NCBI GenBank assembly: GCA_903825245.1
Contig: CAIJZX010000012.1
Span: forward strand, 12,059 to 76,058
Source of the DNA: Candidatus Kerfeldbacteria bacterium
GTDB taxonomy: Bacteria; Patescibacteriota; Patescibacteriia; SBBC01; CAIJZX01
Direction of reading: 5' to 3'
Length of the DNA stretch: 64,000 nucleotides
Shown: positions 9,254-19,297 of the stretch, in pieces
Layout: each line of letters starts with the position of its first letter
Position numbering within the stretch: position 1 is the stretch's first letter
Program-made: the position numbers and the translations under genes
The notes under the pieces: model-generated
Told to the model about the DNA's origin: nothing
Databases searched by the model: none
The model's input: the letters and a program-made list of their open reading frames with translations, nothing else

Positions 9254-9751
9254 CTATTGAATCCCGAATCGCTGTTTTAACAAGAAAATAAACTCCGGAT
9301 GAAGTTTTTCGTTTCGTGTCACCATTTCTTGCAGTTGATCCATAGAAAAATATTCGATTTTCTCAACATCTTGCGGGTGGACAGTAAACGCGCCGTCGTA
9401 CTCACCGCGCATGACGCCTAAAAATTCTTCATGTCCGAGATCGTTTCGATACAACTCCGTTCCTTCAAACATCAACGTGACATTGATGCCAATTTCCTCC
9501 TGCGTCTCGCGAATCCCCGCTTGTTCATATGTTTCACCCGAGGCCACGTGACCACTTCCGGCTGTTACCCAATACCCCGGTAAAAAGTTGACGTTCTGAC
9601 TGCGTAGCTGAACAGCCATTTCGCCTTTCGCATTAAAAATAAATACATGAACAATACGAATCCGCTTGCCTTCAGCGTGAGCGACATGTTTCATTGATGT
9701 TCCTACCACCTCGTCTTTTTCGTTGACCACGTCAACAAGTTCGTCGGGCAT
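9254..9751 (-). CDS. NUDIX hydrolase (Idi/YfcD-like fold)
   Basis: GHVASGETYEQAGIRETQEEIG Nudix box. Confidence 0.85.
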   Translation of the reverse strand: MPDELVDVVNEKDEVVGTSMKHVAHAEGKRIRIVHVFIFNAKGEMAVQLRSQNVNFLPGYWVTAGSGHVASGETYEQAGIRETQEEIGINVTLMFEGTELYRNDLGHEEFLGVMRGEYDGAFTVHPQDVEKIEYFSMDQLQEMVTRNEKLHPEFIFLLKQRFGIQ

Positions 9752-9788
9752 ACTATTGTTAGTGCGACTTTAAACTTCTGATGCGACG

Positions 9789-10829
9789 CTACAACCGATC
9801 CGTAAAAAAGATAATCAACCCGACAATTGCCGCCATCGCGCCTAAAATCCAAAAGCGCATGACGATTTTCGGTTCACTCCAGCCCTTCGCCTCAAGATGA
9901 TGGTGCAACGGCGATGAGATGAAAACTTTTTTCTTGCGGAATTTTTTTGACGCCAGCTGGATCAACACCGAGGCAGATTCAATCACAAATGGAAACGCCA
10001 ACAGTGGTAAAATGACGATGGTATTCGTTAACATTGCTAACACGCCCAACGTTACCCCAAGACTCATCGCCCCGGTATCACCCATCATAAACCGTGCCGG
10101 TGGAATATTAAACCACAGAAACGCCGACAGTGAACCAACAATCACGGCAATCAAACTCACGAGATCATATTTCCCTTGTAAAAACGCAATCACGCCAAAG
10201 GTCGAGAATGTAATCAACATCGTCCCACCGGCTAATCCGTCCAAACCGTCAGTTTCGTTCACCGAGAATGACGTGGCGACGATGACCAGCACAAAGAGCG
10301 GGATGTACCATAAGCCGATATCAAAATTGCCGAAATACGGCACATGCAATGTTGTCCAGCCAAGCTTCACGGTAAACCACAGTGCACCGAGCAGAGCGAT
10401 GCCGGTATAGATGAGCAATCGATGACGAGCACGTAAACCGCCACCGTGTGCGCCACGTTTGCGTACGTTGTAAAAATCATCGACCAAGCCGACGAGTGCT
10501 GCCAACACGAGAATGCCAATCGGTAAATACGTTTCCGACCGTGACCAAAAATTTACTTTGGCGATCAGATGATGCGACCAGATTCGACTTACAATCCAAC
10601 TCGCCACTAAGCACACCAGCGTGGTTCCCCACACGAGGACACCGGCCATGGTTGGCGTGCCGGCTTTTTGAGCATGCAGGGCGCTAAAAATCGGTGTTTC
10701 GCTAGCATCGCGGATTTGCTTTCCCAAATGATGCCGATAAAGAAACGCCGTCAACATCGGCGTGGCCGCGACCGCAACAAGTGCGGAAACAACGAGTAGG
10801 CTAAAGACGATGATAATTTCGGTAAACAT
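9789..10829 (-). CDS. mraY: Phospho-N-acetylmuramoyl-pentapeptide transferase
   Basis: KAGTPTMAG, GLVDD, NETDGLDGL, FMMGDTG, PLHHH. Confidence 0.95.
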   Translation of the reverse strand: MFTEIIIVFSLLVVSALVAVAATPMLTAFLYRHHLGKQIRDASETPIFSALHAQKAGTPTMAGVLVWGTTLVCLVASWIVSRIWSHHLIAKVNFWSRSETYLPIGILVLAALVGLVDDFYNVRKRGAHGGGLRARHRLLIYTGIALLGALWFTVKLGWTTLHVPYFGNFDIGLWYIPLFVLVIVATSFSVNETDGLDGLAGGTMLITFSTFGVIAFLQGKYDLVSLIAVIVGSLSAFLWFNIPPARFMMGDTGAMSLGVTLGVLAMLTNTIVILPLLAFPFVIESASVLIQLASKKFRKKKVFISSPLHHHLEAKGWSEPKIVMRFWILGAMAAIVGLIIFFTDRL

Positions 10830-10831
10830 AG

Positions 10832-11197
10832 TTATGCTGAATACACGCGAAGTACATACACCACTGCCAGGATATCACACAGGATCAATATATTGATCAC
10901 CAGCGCTAACAGCACCCATAACCGTTGCCAGGTGCGGTGATCGACAATTCGACCAATGACCGCGTGCGAAAGAATCGCCATTAAGCCGATGGCCGGTAAC
11001 GACAGCAATTTTATCCACGACCCGGTCAGGTTAATACCGAAGTATATGGTATAGTGGAGTGGCGTAAATGAGCTTGTCCGCGGTATAAATCGAAGAACGA
11101 CGACCCAGCTTGCCACATTGATGACCAAGGCGACGATCGACAGCCAGCGCGCCTTCCGATTCTGCCAGAGAGAACTGATGAGTGCTAATTGTTTCAT
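10832..11197 (-). CDS. Small membrane protein
   Basis: Three hydrophobic segments and a PLHYTIYFG motif. Ends 2 nt before the mraY start. Confidence 0.7.
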   Translation of the reverse strand: MKQLALISSLWQNRKARWLSIVALVINVASWVVVLRFIPRTSSFTPLHYTIYFGINLTGSWIKLLSLPAIGLMAILSHAVIGRIVDHRTWQRLWVLLALVINILILCDILAVVYVLRVYSA

Positions 11198-11205
11198 ACG
11201 AACCA

Positions 11206-12963
11206 ATGAAAGTTACCCCAGTAAAATTCTGCCTGATCCTGATTATTGCTTCCGCCTTCACTTGGCAGTGTATCGGCGCATGGCAAGATAGTCAAACCAC
11301 CGACGAAGCCGTCCACCTTGTCGCCGGACGAAGTTATTGGCAAACTGGTAATTTTTCCATCAATCCCGAGCATCCGTCATTGTTTAAATTATGGTCGTCA
11401 TTGCCGCTGGCACTGCTCCCACACAGCCAGATTCAAACGTCAACGAATACCTGGAAAACAAGAAATGAGTGGATAATTGCTGCCGAATACCTGTATACCG
11501 GTCCGGCGCAAGCATTCTATAACGGCCGATTTCTTCTATTCCTAGGACGATGGCAAATGATGCTGATTTGGCTAGGACTCATCATCACCATGGCCAGTAC
11601 TTCTTGGCGACGGTGGGGTCCATGGACGTCGGTGGCGGTAACAACACTGATCGCGTATGATCCGAACTTCCTTGGTCACGGACATCTCGTGACTAACGAC
11701 GTGGCTATGGCGTTTGCCTACCTCGGTACATTTCTCGCTCTCGATTGGTTCACCAGCAAGCCCCGATGGTCACGACTGGCCATCTTCTCCACCGTATTCG
11801 CACTGGCTCAGCTCACAAAGTTTTCTGCCGTTATTCTTTGGTTGTTTATTCCCTTGGTGATGGCCATAGCCATTCTCTACCGCCGTCCGATCATGACCTG
11901 GCGCTGGTGGTGGCGGAGCATCCTAGCCTGTATCATCGTAACAAGTATCGCCACCTGGGCAAGTTATGATTTTCAATTCACACGCATCACAAGCGATCCG
12001 ACGATTGCCCATCTTTGGCAGGAGCGCGCCAAGATCGTCAACACCGATGGCCTCCTCTCGGTTCCTGCCTACACCCGATTGTTCGTGCGCTTAAGTAATC
12101 CGTCAAGCATGACCGGACAACTCATGGATACAGTGCAGCATTGGTCAGTACCGACCTACTGGTATTGGCGCGGCTTATTCTCAGACGCGAGCCACAATGC
12201 GTATGGGCATTCCGGATTCTTACTCGGTCACGCTTCAACCCAAGGATGGTGGGACTACTTCCCTGTTGCAATCGCCGTTAAAGCACCGCTCCTTCTTCTG
12301 TTATCGGTGCTGGCCGGAACAATAGTATTGCTCATTGAAAGCATGCGCAATCGACGTCGACCTTGGCGCCAACGATATCCGTTTACTTTTTGGATATTTG
12401 GTTTTCCGCCGCTAGCCTTTCTCGCTTGGAGTATGACTAGCCATATTAATATCGGCGTCCGTCATGTTTTTCCGGTCTATGTTTTTCTTCCGTTCACGAT
12501 CGTCGCCGTCCTGCGCTACCTCCAGCACTATCGACCAAAACTCGTACCGGCGATTGCCCTCAGTGTCTCCATCATCACCGTTATCGTCGCCACGAGCGCC
12601 TGGCCAAATACTATTGGGTACTACAACGCTTTAGCCGGCGGAACCAATGACGGCCATCGCATCGTCCTCGATTCGAATCTTGATTGGAATCAAGATATCT
12701 GGCGTCTGAAGAACTTTCTTCATCAACAACAGTTTTCCGACATTCACATCGCGTTGTTTGGATCGATTCCAACTCCAACACTTTTTCCCAACGCACTTCC
12801 AATTCTCAATGACCAACAGATTCACGATGGTCTTCGACCGACAGGAATCGTCATCATCTCCGCTGGAATTCTTTATGACGTCCATGGGTCACTTACCTGG
12901 TATCGTACCCAGCCAGCACGGTGGCGAATCGGATCATCGATGTACATCTACGACTATCGTTGA
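11206..12963 (+). CDS. GT-C fold glycosyltransferase (GT39/ArnT/PMT-like)
   Basis: TTDEAVH acidic loop, EHPSLFK, LVTND, TKFS, DSNLDW. Multi-pass membrane protein. Confidence 0.8.
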   Translation: MKVTPVKFCLILIIASAFTWQCIGAWQDSQTTDEAVHLVAGRSYWQTGNFSINPEHPSLFKLWSSLPLALLPHSQIQTSTNTWKTRNEWIIAAEYLYTGPAQAFYNGRFLLFLGRWQMMLIWLGLIITMASTSWRRWGPWTSVAVTTLIAYDPNFLGHGHLVTNDVAMAFAYLGTFLALDWFTSKPRWSRLAIFSTVFALAQLTKFSAVILWLFIPLVMAIAILYRRPIMTWRWWWRSILACIIVTSIATWASYDFQFTRITSDPTIAHLWQERAKIVNTDGLLSVPAYTRLFVRLSNPSSMTGQLMDTVQHWSVPTYWYWRGLFSDASHNAYGHSGFLLGHASTQGWWDYFPVAIAVKAPLLLLLSVLAGTIVLLIESMRNRRRPWRQRYPFTFWIFGFPPLAFLAWSMTSHINIGVRHVFPVYVFLPFTIVAVLRYLQHYRPKLVPAIALSVSIITVIVATSAWPNTIGYYNALAGGTNDGHRIVLDSNLDWNQDIWRLKNFLHQQQFSDIHIALFGSIPTPTLFPNALPILNDQQIHDGLRPTGIVIISAGILYDVHGSLTWYRTQPARWRIGSSMYIYDYR

Positions 12964-12988
12964 CTACCGACGTCGGTTATGCTATAAT
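12960..12988 (+). promoter_or_regulatory. Near-consensus sigma70 promoter of the pil operon
   Basis: TTGACT-17 bp-TATAAT with an extended TG. Confidence 0.8.
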
Positions 12989-13048
12989 CGCGGCACGTTC
13001 GGGTGATAGTTGTTATCCGAAAAACACTCGCTACCATCAGCCAGCCTG

Positions 13049-14773
13049 ATGCCACACCAACAACAAGTTAAAGACATTATCATCGGATCAAAAATTGCTA
13101 GCCCTGAACAGGTTGAAGCGGTTTTACGGCAGGCTGCTGAAAAACACATTAGTCTGATCGATGAATTGATCAGTGAGAATGTTGTCAGCGAACAAATACT
13201 CTACGAAACGCTTGCTTCCAGCTGGAAACTTCCGTTCGTTGATTTAGCAACCCTAAATATCCGCGGAGACGTGTTAGCGCTTGTACCTGAACCCATCGTC
13301 CAGGTTCACAATATCGTGGCTTATGAAGCAACATCGACCGACGTCAAAGTGGCCATGATTGATCCAAACGACGTCGAAATAATTGACTTCATCTCAAAAA
13401 AAACCGGACTACCAATCAGCGTCGCGCTGACAACACCAACGAGTATTAAGGCCGCACTGAAACAATATCATCGTGGACTGAAAGCAGAGTTTGAACACAT
13501 TTCTGCGCCCAAAGCCGATAGTGAAAAGGCTCCCGAAGATTTAAAACAGCTCGCCTCTGACGTACCGGTCATCCGGGTGGTTGATACCCTGCTCGAGTAT
13601 GCCGTCTACGAAGGTGCGTCAGATATCCACATTGAGCCATCGGAAAAAGATACAGTTGTACGGTACCGCGTCGATGGCGTGCTGCGGGAAGTCATGACCT
13701 TGCCAAAAAAAGTTCAATCCGGCGTCGTCGCCCGCATTAAAATCCTCTCCAATTTAAAAATTGATGAACATCGTTTACCGCAAGACGGACGTTTCAAGGT
13801 ACAAACAGAAGAATATGGCGTAGCCTTCCGCGTTAGTATATTACCAGTTTTCGACGGCGAAAAAGTTGTCTTACGACTCCTGAATGAGTCGGCGCAAATC
13901 TTAACGCTGGAACAACTTGGTTTTCAACCTCGCGTCCTCGAACTAGTGAAACGAAATATCGCTAAACCGCACGGACAAATCTTTGTCAGCGGCCCAACTG
14001 GTTCGGGAAAAACCACTACCCTGTACACCATCCTGAATATCCTCAATACACCAAAAGTCAATGTTTCGACAATTGAAGATCCAATTGAGTACCGTATGCC
14101 TGGTATCAACCAAACACAAGTCAATCCAAAAATCGGTATGACCTTTGCGGCCGGACTACGGTCGCTCCTACGGCAAGACCCAAACATCATTATGGTCGGA
14201 GAAATTCGCGATGAGGAAACTGCGGAAATTTCCGCCCACGCGGCCTTAACCGGACACCTTGTTCTTTCGACCATTCACACCAACGACGCGGTCACGGTAC
14301 TCCCGCGATTAACGGAAATGAAAGTACCGACGTTTCTGATCGCCAGCACCACGAACCTAATTGTTGCTCAGCGGCTCGTGCGAAAAATATGTTCACACTG
14401 TATTGAATCCTACACCCTTTCTCGCCAAGCGATAACGGAATTAGAAAAGCAAATCAACGTCAATTATTTGCTGGACACGTTAACCAAAGAAGGCGCAATT
14501 TTACCCGAACAGAAGATGGAAGATCTACTCTTTTACCGCGGTCGTGGATGCAAATCATGCAACCAGGACGGTTACAAGGGTCGACTTGGCATCTACGAAG
14601 CATTGCAACTCTCCGAATCAATAATCAAAGTCATTCTCGAAAATGGTAACGCCGATGTGGTACGAAAAATCGCCATTTCGGAGGGCATGTTAACTCTGAT
14701 TCAGGATGGTTTTCTCAAAGCGAAGTCCGGTGTCACTTCGATCGAAGAAGTGTTGCGGGTGACCAAAGAATAA
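13049..14773 (+). CDS. pilB: Type IV pilus assembly ATPase (PilB/GspE)
   Basis: ASDIHIEP, RLPQDGR, GPTGSGKTTT, EDPIE, LRQDPN, STIHTND and two CxxC motifs. Confidence 0.93.
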   Translation: MPHQQQVKDIIIGSKIASPEQVEAVLRQAAEKHISLIDELISENVVSEQILYETLASSWKLPFVDLATLNIRGDVLALVPEPIVQVHNIVAYEATSTDVKVAMIDPNDVEIIDFISKKTGLPISVALTTPTSIKAALKQYHRGLKAEFEHISAPKADSEKAPEDLKQLASDVPVIRVVDTLLEYAVYEGASDIHIEPSEKDTVVRYRVDGVLREVMTLPKKVQSGVVARIKILSNLKIDEHRLPQDGRFKVQTEEYGVAFRVSILPVFDGEKVVLRLLNESAQILTLEQLGFQPRVLELVKRNIAKPHGQIFVSGPTGSGKTTTLYTILNILNTPKVNVSTIEDPIEYRMPGINQTQVNPKIGMTFAAGLRSLLRQDPNIIMVGEIRDEETAEISAHAALTGHLVLSTIHTNDAVTVLPRLTEMKVPTFLIASTTNLIVAQRLVRKICSHCIESYTLSRQAITELEKQINVNYLLDTLTKEGAILPEQKMEDLLFYRGRGCKSCNQDGYKGRLGIYEALQLSESIIKVILENGNADVVRKIAISEGMLTLIQDGFLKAKSGVTSIEEVLRVTKE

Positions 14774-14774
14774 T

Positions 14775-15992
14775 ATGGCTATCTTTACCTACACGGCAAA
14801 AAACGAAGCCCACAAAGTCATGAAGGGGGTGATCGTAGCCACCAACGAAAAAACGCTGGCGGAAATATTACAACAACAGGGTCTGACACTCACGTCAAGT
14901 GCAATATCCAAAAAGAAAACTGGTTTGTTGTACCACTGGCTGGAGCAAATCCAAAATGTACCTAGTGTGCAGAAGATTTTCTTTACCCAAAATCTCGGGG
15001 TCATGTTGCGCGGCGGATTTTCTATCAGCCGCGCCATGGGAACACTCGCCCTGCAAACTAATCATCAATATTTCAAAAAAGTACTCCTCGGCCTGCAAAG
15101 TGACCTGGAAGGCGGCGTCAGCTTCGCGCAGGCCTTAAAGAAATATCCTCGCGTCTTTCCCGAACTCTTTACCAATATGATCGCCGCCGGTGAAATCAGC
15201 GGTAAACTCGACGACGTCCTCAAGGCGCTGACGATTCAAATGAAGAAGGATCACCAACTAGTGAGCAAAGTCAAAGGCGCAATGACCTACCCCATCGTTG
15301 TCATTATCGCCATGATTGGTGCCGGGGTGGCGATGATTGTCTTTGTCGTCCCGCAACTGTTAGACGTCTTTAACCAAGCAAACGTCCAGTTACCACTACC
15401 CACACGTATTCTCATAGCTACAAGCCACCAATTGACATCGTACGGCCTCTGGTACGGCCTTGGCGTCATCGTCGTAATTGTTGGGATGCGCCTGATCATG
15501 CAAACGAAACGAGGACACATGTTCTTTGATAGCCTTAGCTTAAATGCGCCAATTCTTGGTCCAATCGTCAAGAAGGTCAACCTGGCTCGATTTACCCGAA
15601 ACCTGAGTTCCATGCTCGCCACCGACATTCCAATTATTCAGGCGTTCCAAATCATTGCCAGCACGATGAGTAGCATTCACTATCGGAAATCAATGGATGA
15701 GGCTAGCCAAGCATTGCGGACTGGAGCCACGATTGCTAAAGTACTTGACCACTACCCCAAGTTGTATCCCCCACTCATCCAGCAAATGGTCAGCGTTGGC
15801 GAAGAAAGTGGTACACTAGACGAGGTGGCCGGCGAACTCGCCACCTTTCTCGAAGAAGAGGTTGATCAAACGATGTCAAATATGTCAACAATTATCGAAC
15901 CGGTGCTCCTGCTCGTGCTGGGCGTCGCCGTCGCCTTTATGGCCATAGCCATTCTCCTGCCGATGTATAATCTCTCTAGCGCCATTAATTAA
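14775..15992 (+). CDS. pilC: Type IV pilus platform protein (PilC/GspF)
   Basis: Two T2SSF repeats: GEISGKLD, AMTYP, GEESGTLD, IIEP. Confidence 0.92.
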   Translation: MAIFTYTAKNEAHKVMKGVIVATNEKTLAEILQQQGLTLTSSAISKKKTGLLYHWLEQIQNVPSVQKIFFTQNLGVMLRGGFSISRAMGTLALQTNHQYFKKVLLGLQSDLEGGVSFAQALKKYPRVFPELFTNMIAAGEISGKLDDVLKALTIQMKKDHQLVSKVKGAMTYPIVVIIAMIGAGVAMIVFVVPQLLDVFNQANVQLPLPTRILIATSHQLTSYGLWYGLGVIVVIVGMRLIMQTKRGHMFFDSLSLNAPILGPIVKKVNLARFTRNLSSMLATDIPIIQAFQIIASTMSSIHYRKSMDEASQALRTGATIAKVLDHYPKLYPPLIQQMVSVGEESGTLDEVAGELATFLEEEVDQTMSNMSTIIEPVLLLVLGVAVAFMAIAILLPMYNLSSAIN

Positions 15993-15994
15993 TT

Positions 15995-17023
15995 ATGTTC
16001 CCTGTCGCCCTCGATATTAGCGATTCCATTATCCGCCTTGTCACCCTCGAGCAACGCGGGCACCGGTGGAAGCTTCACGTCCGCGCAGAAATACCTGTGC
16101 CGGCCGGGTATATCGTTGATGGTGACATCCAACATCCAGCCGACGTTAGCGCCCTGCTCCAATCGCTCATTTCCGCTAGTGGCATTCACACCAAAAATGT
16201 GAGTGTGGCTTTGCCGGAGCGACATACCTTTGTCAAACTCATAAGTCTGCCTGCCGATAGTACAAATCGAATGGAGGAAGCCGTCCAAAATTCGCTCAAT
16301 CAACATATTCCTTACGGTCCAGACGAGGTCTATTGGGACTGGCACCGTCTTGAACAATTGAATTCACTTGGTCAACCACAAGTTTTACTCGGCGCCTCGC
16401 CAAAAACGACAACTGATGAATATCTCCATGCCCTGACTGATGCGGGATTACACGTCATCTCGGCCGAAATCGAATCCGTGGCTATCGCGCGCGCCATGCT
16501 TGGTCCTGAACCACCGGATGATACCCGTATTATCCTTGATTTAGGCCGCAGCCGATCGACCCTTATTCTCGTTGATCACGGCATTGTTCAGTTTAGCAAT
16601 ACGCTACGATATGCCGGCCGCGAGCTGAACCAATACATCGCTGATGAATTACATATTTCGATTGAACAAGCAGAGCGAGCCAAGGTACTTTTTGGCCTTG
16701 ATCCGAAACGTGGCAAAGGATTACTGCGATCGGTTCTCGCTCCCCACATCGATGCCATTGCTGAAGCGGTTGCGGACGTCGAAGCTTTTTTTCAGGACCA
16801 TTTCATCGACCACCGACCAATTTCGACTATCGCCGTGAACGGCAGTGGAGCACTCCTCCGAAATATTGATTACGAGCTCCAACAGCGTCTTTCACAATCC
16901 GTCGTCGTCACTCCATCATGGATGTACACGCAATTGATGAAAACAGACGCTACACTCCCAGCTGACCTCGGTTTCACCTACACCACAGCTTTCGGTCTCG
17001 CTATGCGTGAATCGCACACGTAA
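15995..17023 (+). CDS. pilM: Type IV pilus assembly protein PilM
   Basis: Actin-like motifs ALDISDS, ILDLG, GSGALL, AFGLA. Operon context. Confidence 0.85.
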   Translation: MFPVALDISDSIIRLVTLEQRGHRWKLHVRAEIPVPAGYIVDGDIQHPADVSALLQSLISASGIHTKNVSVALPERHTFVKLISLPADSTNRMEEAVQNSLNQHIPYGPDEVYWDWHRLEQLNSLGQPQVLLGASPKTTTDEYLHALTDAGLHVISAEIESVAIARAMLGPEPPDDTRIILDLGRSRSTLILVDHGIVQFSNTLRYAGRELNQYIADELHISIEQAERAKVLFGLDPKRGKGLLRSVLAPHIDAIAEAVADVEAFFQDHFIDHRPISTIAVNGSGALLRNIDYELQQRLSQSVVVTPSWMYTQLMKTDATLPADLGFTYTTAFGLAMRESHT

Positions 17024-17027
17024 TCGC

Positions 17028-17570
17028 ATGATTATCCTGAACCTGATACCTCCCGAACAAAAACACGATCTTGAATCTTCGTGGCTCTACCGTCATTGGT
17101 TTTCGGCGAGCGTACTCTTAGCCATCTTCGCTATTCTCAGCACCGCGACATTTTCCACCACCTGGTATGTCTTAGCTCGTCACGCCAAGGAGGTCAACCA
17201 TACACTGACCACGATTCAACAACAGCAAGCAAAAAATTCCAGTACTGACATCACCGCAACGACGACCCAACTCAATCGCACAATCGTTGCCCTGAACACC
17301 ACCTTAGCCACACCGCGCCCATGGTCGATCAATACCACCACCATTATCAGTTTACTCCCGAGCGGCGTCACACTATCACTCTTGAGCATCCAAAATAACG
17401 GCGCCTTCCACCTCGTCGGTATAGCCGATAGCCGCCAAACATTCCTGACGCTTGATCAGGCGCTCAAGGGTAGTACAAAACTTGCGCAGATTACCACGAC
17501 CTCCACCGCATCAAAACGAACCGCCGTTCCGTTTGACTACTCGGGGCAAATACTCCCTCCAACGTCATGA
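17028..17570 (+). CDS. PilN-like protein
   Basis: N-terminal LNLIP PilM-binding motif, one TM helix, follows pilM. Confidence 0.7.
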   Translation: MIILNLIPPEQKHDLESSWLYRHWFSASVLLAIFAILSTATFSTTWYVLARHAKEVNHTLTTIQQQQAKNSSTDITATTTQLNRTIVALNTTLATPRPWSINTTTIISLLPSGVTLSLLSIQNNGAFHLVGIADSRQTFLTLDQALKGSTKLAQITTTSTASKRTAVPFDYSGQILPPTS

Positions 17571-18088
17571 CCCACCGCACGGCTATCCTCATTCGTCTGG
17601 GTATTGTTTGCGGCATCATTGTTGCTTGTGCCGTAGTTGACTTCATCTGGATTATGCCACAGATACAGGTAACTCGCACCGCCATCGACAACGATCGAAC
17701 ATCAACAACAGTTATTACACAACAGCAATCAAATTTGCAAAAGTTAACACAGGATGTCGGCACTATTACCACTAAACAAGCTGAGCTCGCGCCGTATGTT
17801 TGGCTCTTTGCAAAGGAAAATGATTTCTTTGCCTTTCTTTCGGCGCAAGCAAAAACACACCAACTGACGATGGCTGACCCGGCCATAGTAGATGCAACCC
17901 CAACTGGGGCCTTAATCACCCGCCCCGTGACCCTCACCCTCCATGGCTCACTTGCCAATATCTTAGCCGCCGTCAACGATCTGCAATCACACACTCCGCT
18001 CATTGCTATTCAAAATATCGATTTTGGACCTGGGGTAAAAACAAATGATGTAACGGCAACAATTGTCGCCTCCACCCAATGGCAGTAA
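17567..18088 (+). CDS. PilO-like protein
   Basis: TM helix, coiled coil, then LTLHGSLANILAAVNDLQ. Follows the pilN-like gene. Confidence 0.65.
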   Translation: MTHRTAILIRLGIVCGIIVACAVVDFIWIMPQIQVTRTAIDNDRTSTTVITQQQSNLQKLTQDVGTITTKQAELAPYVWLFAKENDFFAFLSAQAKTHQLTMADPAIVDATPTGALITRPVTLTLHGSLANILAAVNDLQSHTPLIAIQNIDFGPGVKTNDVTATIVASTQWQ

Positions 18089-18095
18089 TACCACA

Positions 18096-18377
18096 ATGAC
18101 CCTCCCCGCCTCATTTTCTGGCAGTACAAAAATCCTCAATCGGTGGCTCAGCGTTGTCGCTCTTGGCATCGGTTTACTTTGGTTCGGTTGGTCCGCCTGG
18201 CAAAGTTGGTCGTTCTGGCAGGACAAGCCGTTGAGCGGCGACCAAGTTACCGCCAAACAACTCCGCGTAAGCGAAGCCCAGCGTCAGACCCTCTTGACGC
18301 ATCTGAAGAGCTATCAAACCCCAGCAACTGTCGGTATCGTTCCTCTAGTCACCTTCCAGGGCGGAACTGGCTCGTAA
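18096..18377 (+). CDS. Small single-TM protein ending the pil operon
   Basis: Co-directional, 7 nt gap, one TM helix. Confidence 0.6.
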   Translation: MTLPASFSGSTKILNRWLSVVALGIGLLWFGWSAWQSWSFWQDKPLSGDQVTAKQLRVSEAQRQTLLTHLKSYQTPATVGIVPLVTFQGGTGS

Positions 18378-18400
18378 TTCTGCCGTACACCAGCCAGGAG

Positions 18401-18429
18401 TTGACATCATCCCGTGGATACGGTATTCT
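18401..18429 (+). promoter_or_regulatory. rpmA promoter
   Basis: TTGACA-17 bp-TATTCT. Confidence 0.7.
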
Positions 18430-18477
18430 TCGCAACGCTAGACACTCGTCTCACCATCTGACGTTTCATCCTTTTCT

Positions 18478-18750
18478 ATGGCCCACACTAAATCAGGCGG
18501 CTCTACCAGTCTCGGCCGCGACTCCCAAAGCAAACGACTCGGTGTTAAACTCTTCGCCGGCCAACCCGCCACTGCCGGAGCTATTCTCGTTCGTCAACGC
18601 GGTTCATCGTTCCTGCCTGGCGACAACGTCGGCAAAGGCGGCGACGATACGCTATTCGCAAAAAAGAAAGGCATCATCACCTTTCAAACGACAACGAAGC
18701 TTCGTCACGACGGTCGCCGCGTCAAACGACGATATATCCACGTCCGATAA
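18478..18750 (+). CDS. rpmA: 50S ribosomal protein L27
   Basis: [37 protein letters not shown]. Confidence 0.97.
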   Translation: MAHTKSGGSTSLGRDSQSKRLGVKLFAGQPATAGAILVRQRGSSFLPGDNVGKGGDDTLFAKKKGIITFQTTTKLRHDGRRVKRRYIHVR

Positions 18751-18761
18751 TCGACAACCAA

Positions 18762-18787
18762 CACTTCCGCCACCCGGAAGTGGTTTT
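18762..18787 (+). terminator. Terminator between convergent genes
   Basis: CACTTCCG-CCACC-CGGAAGTG then GTTTT. Confidence 0.6.
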
Positions 18788-18790
18788 GTA

Positions 18791-19297
18791 TTATGTGTGC
18801 GTCATCGCGCTCACTGCCTCACCCAGCGCCTCGGTAAACGAACGATGGTGACTGAGTAATTCATCAATATCCGGTAAAGAAAATGTATCAACATATTGCC
18901 AATGCTGACGATACTCACGTACTAAGGTAGTAAAATCTCCTCCCGCGGTAATTTCTTGAACCAGTGTTTCGGGTATAGGGCGTGGAGAGCTCCAGCCAAT
19001 TGCTTCGTGCCCCCCGGTACCACGAAGAATAGCTGCACAACTGAGAAAAGCGCCCCCCGGTAACATCACCAAACCCGCGGCCAAGCTCCCGGCCAATTTT
19101 GCATCCGGGTAACGCCGTTGTGCCATCAGCACCCGCTGCCGAGCTTCGGCTAATATAACGTCACGTCCGAGAGGTAAGTCAATATGCGACTTGTCATTGA
19201 CAACCATCCGAACATCACCATTCATGTGATACTCAGCGAACACATCAAGTACCACTTGGCGCTGATTCATATCGTCGGCAACGATCGCGATAATCAT
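18791..19297 (-). CDS. Degenerate YjjX/DUF84 (ITPase/XTPase)-like protein
   Basis: PLGRDVILAEARQRV and GWSSPRPIPE follow the YjjX layout. ATGA overlap with the pyrG stop. Confidence 0.6.
   Translation of the reverse strand: MIIAIVADDMNQRQVVLDVFAEYHMNGDVRMVVNDKSHIDLPLGRDVILAEARQRVLMAQRRYPDAKLAGSLAAGLVMLPGGAFLSCAAILRGTGGHEAIGWSSPRPIPETLVQEITAGGDFTTLVREYRQHWQYVDTFSLPDIDELLSHHRSFTEALGEAVSAMTHT

Noticed and set aside
9254-9751. Type 1 isopentenyl-diphosphate isomerase (idi)
   Set aside because: The catalytic Cys motif is replaced (TAGSGH), so it is called only a NUDIX hydrolase.
12998-13021. G-U-rich hairpin in the pilB leader
   Set aside because: A single simple hairpin is not enough to claim a regulatory RNA such as a c-di-GMP riboswitch.
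18143-18859. 238-aa plus-strand ORF and similar shadow ORFs across the window
   Set aside because: They overlap well-supported genes (here rpmA) in other frames or strands and carry no motifs.
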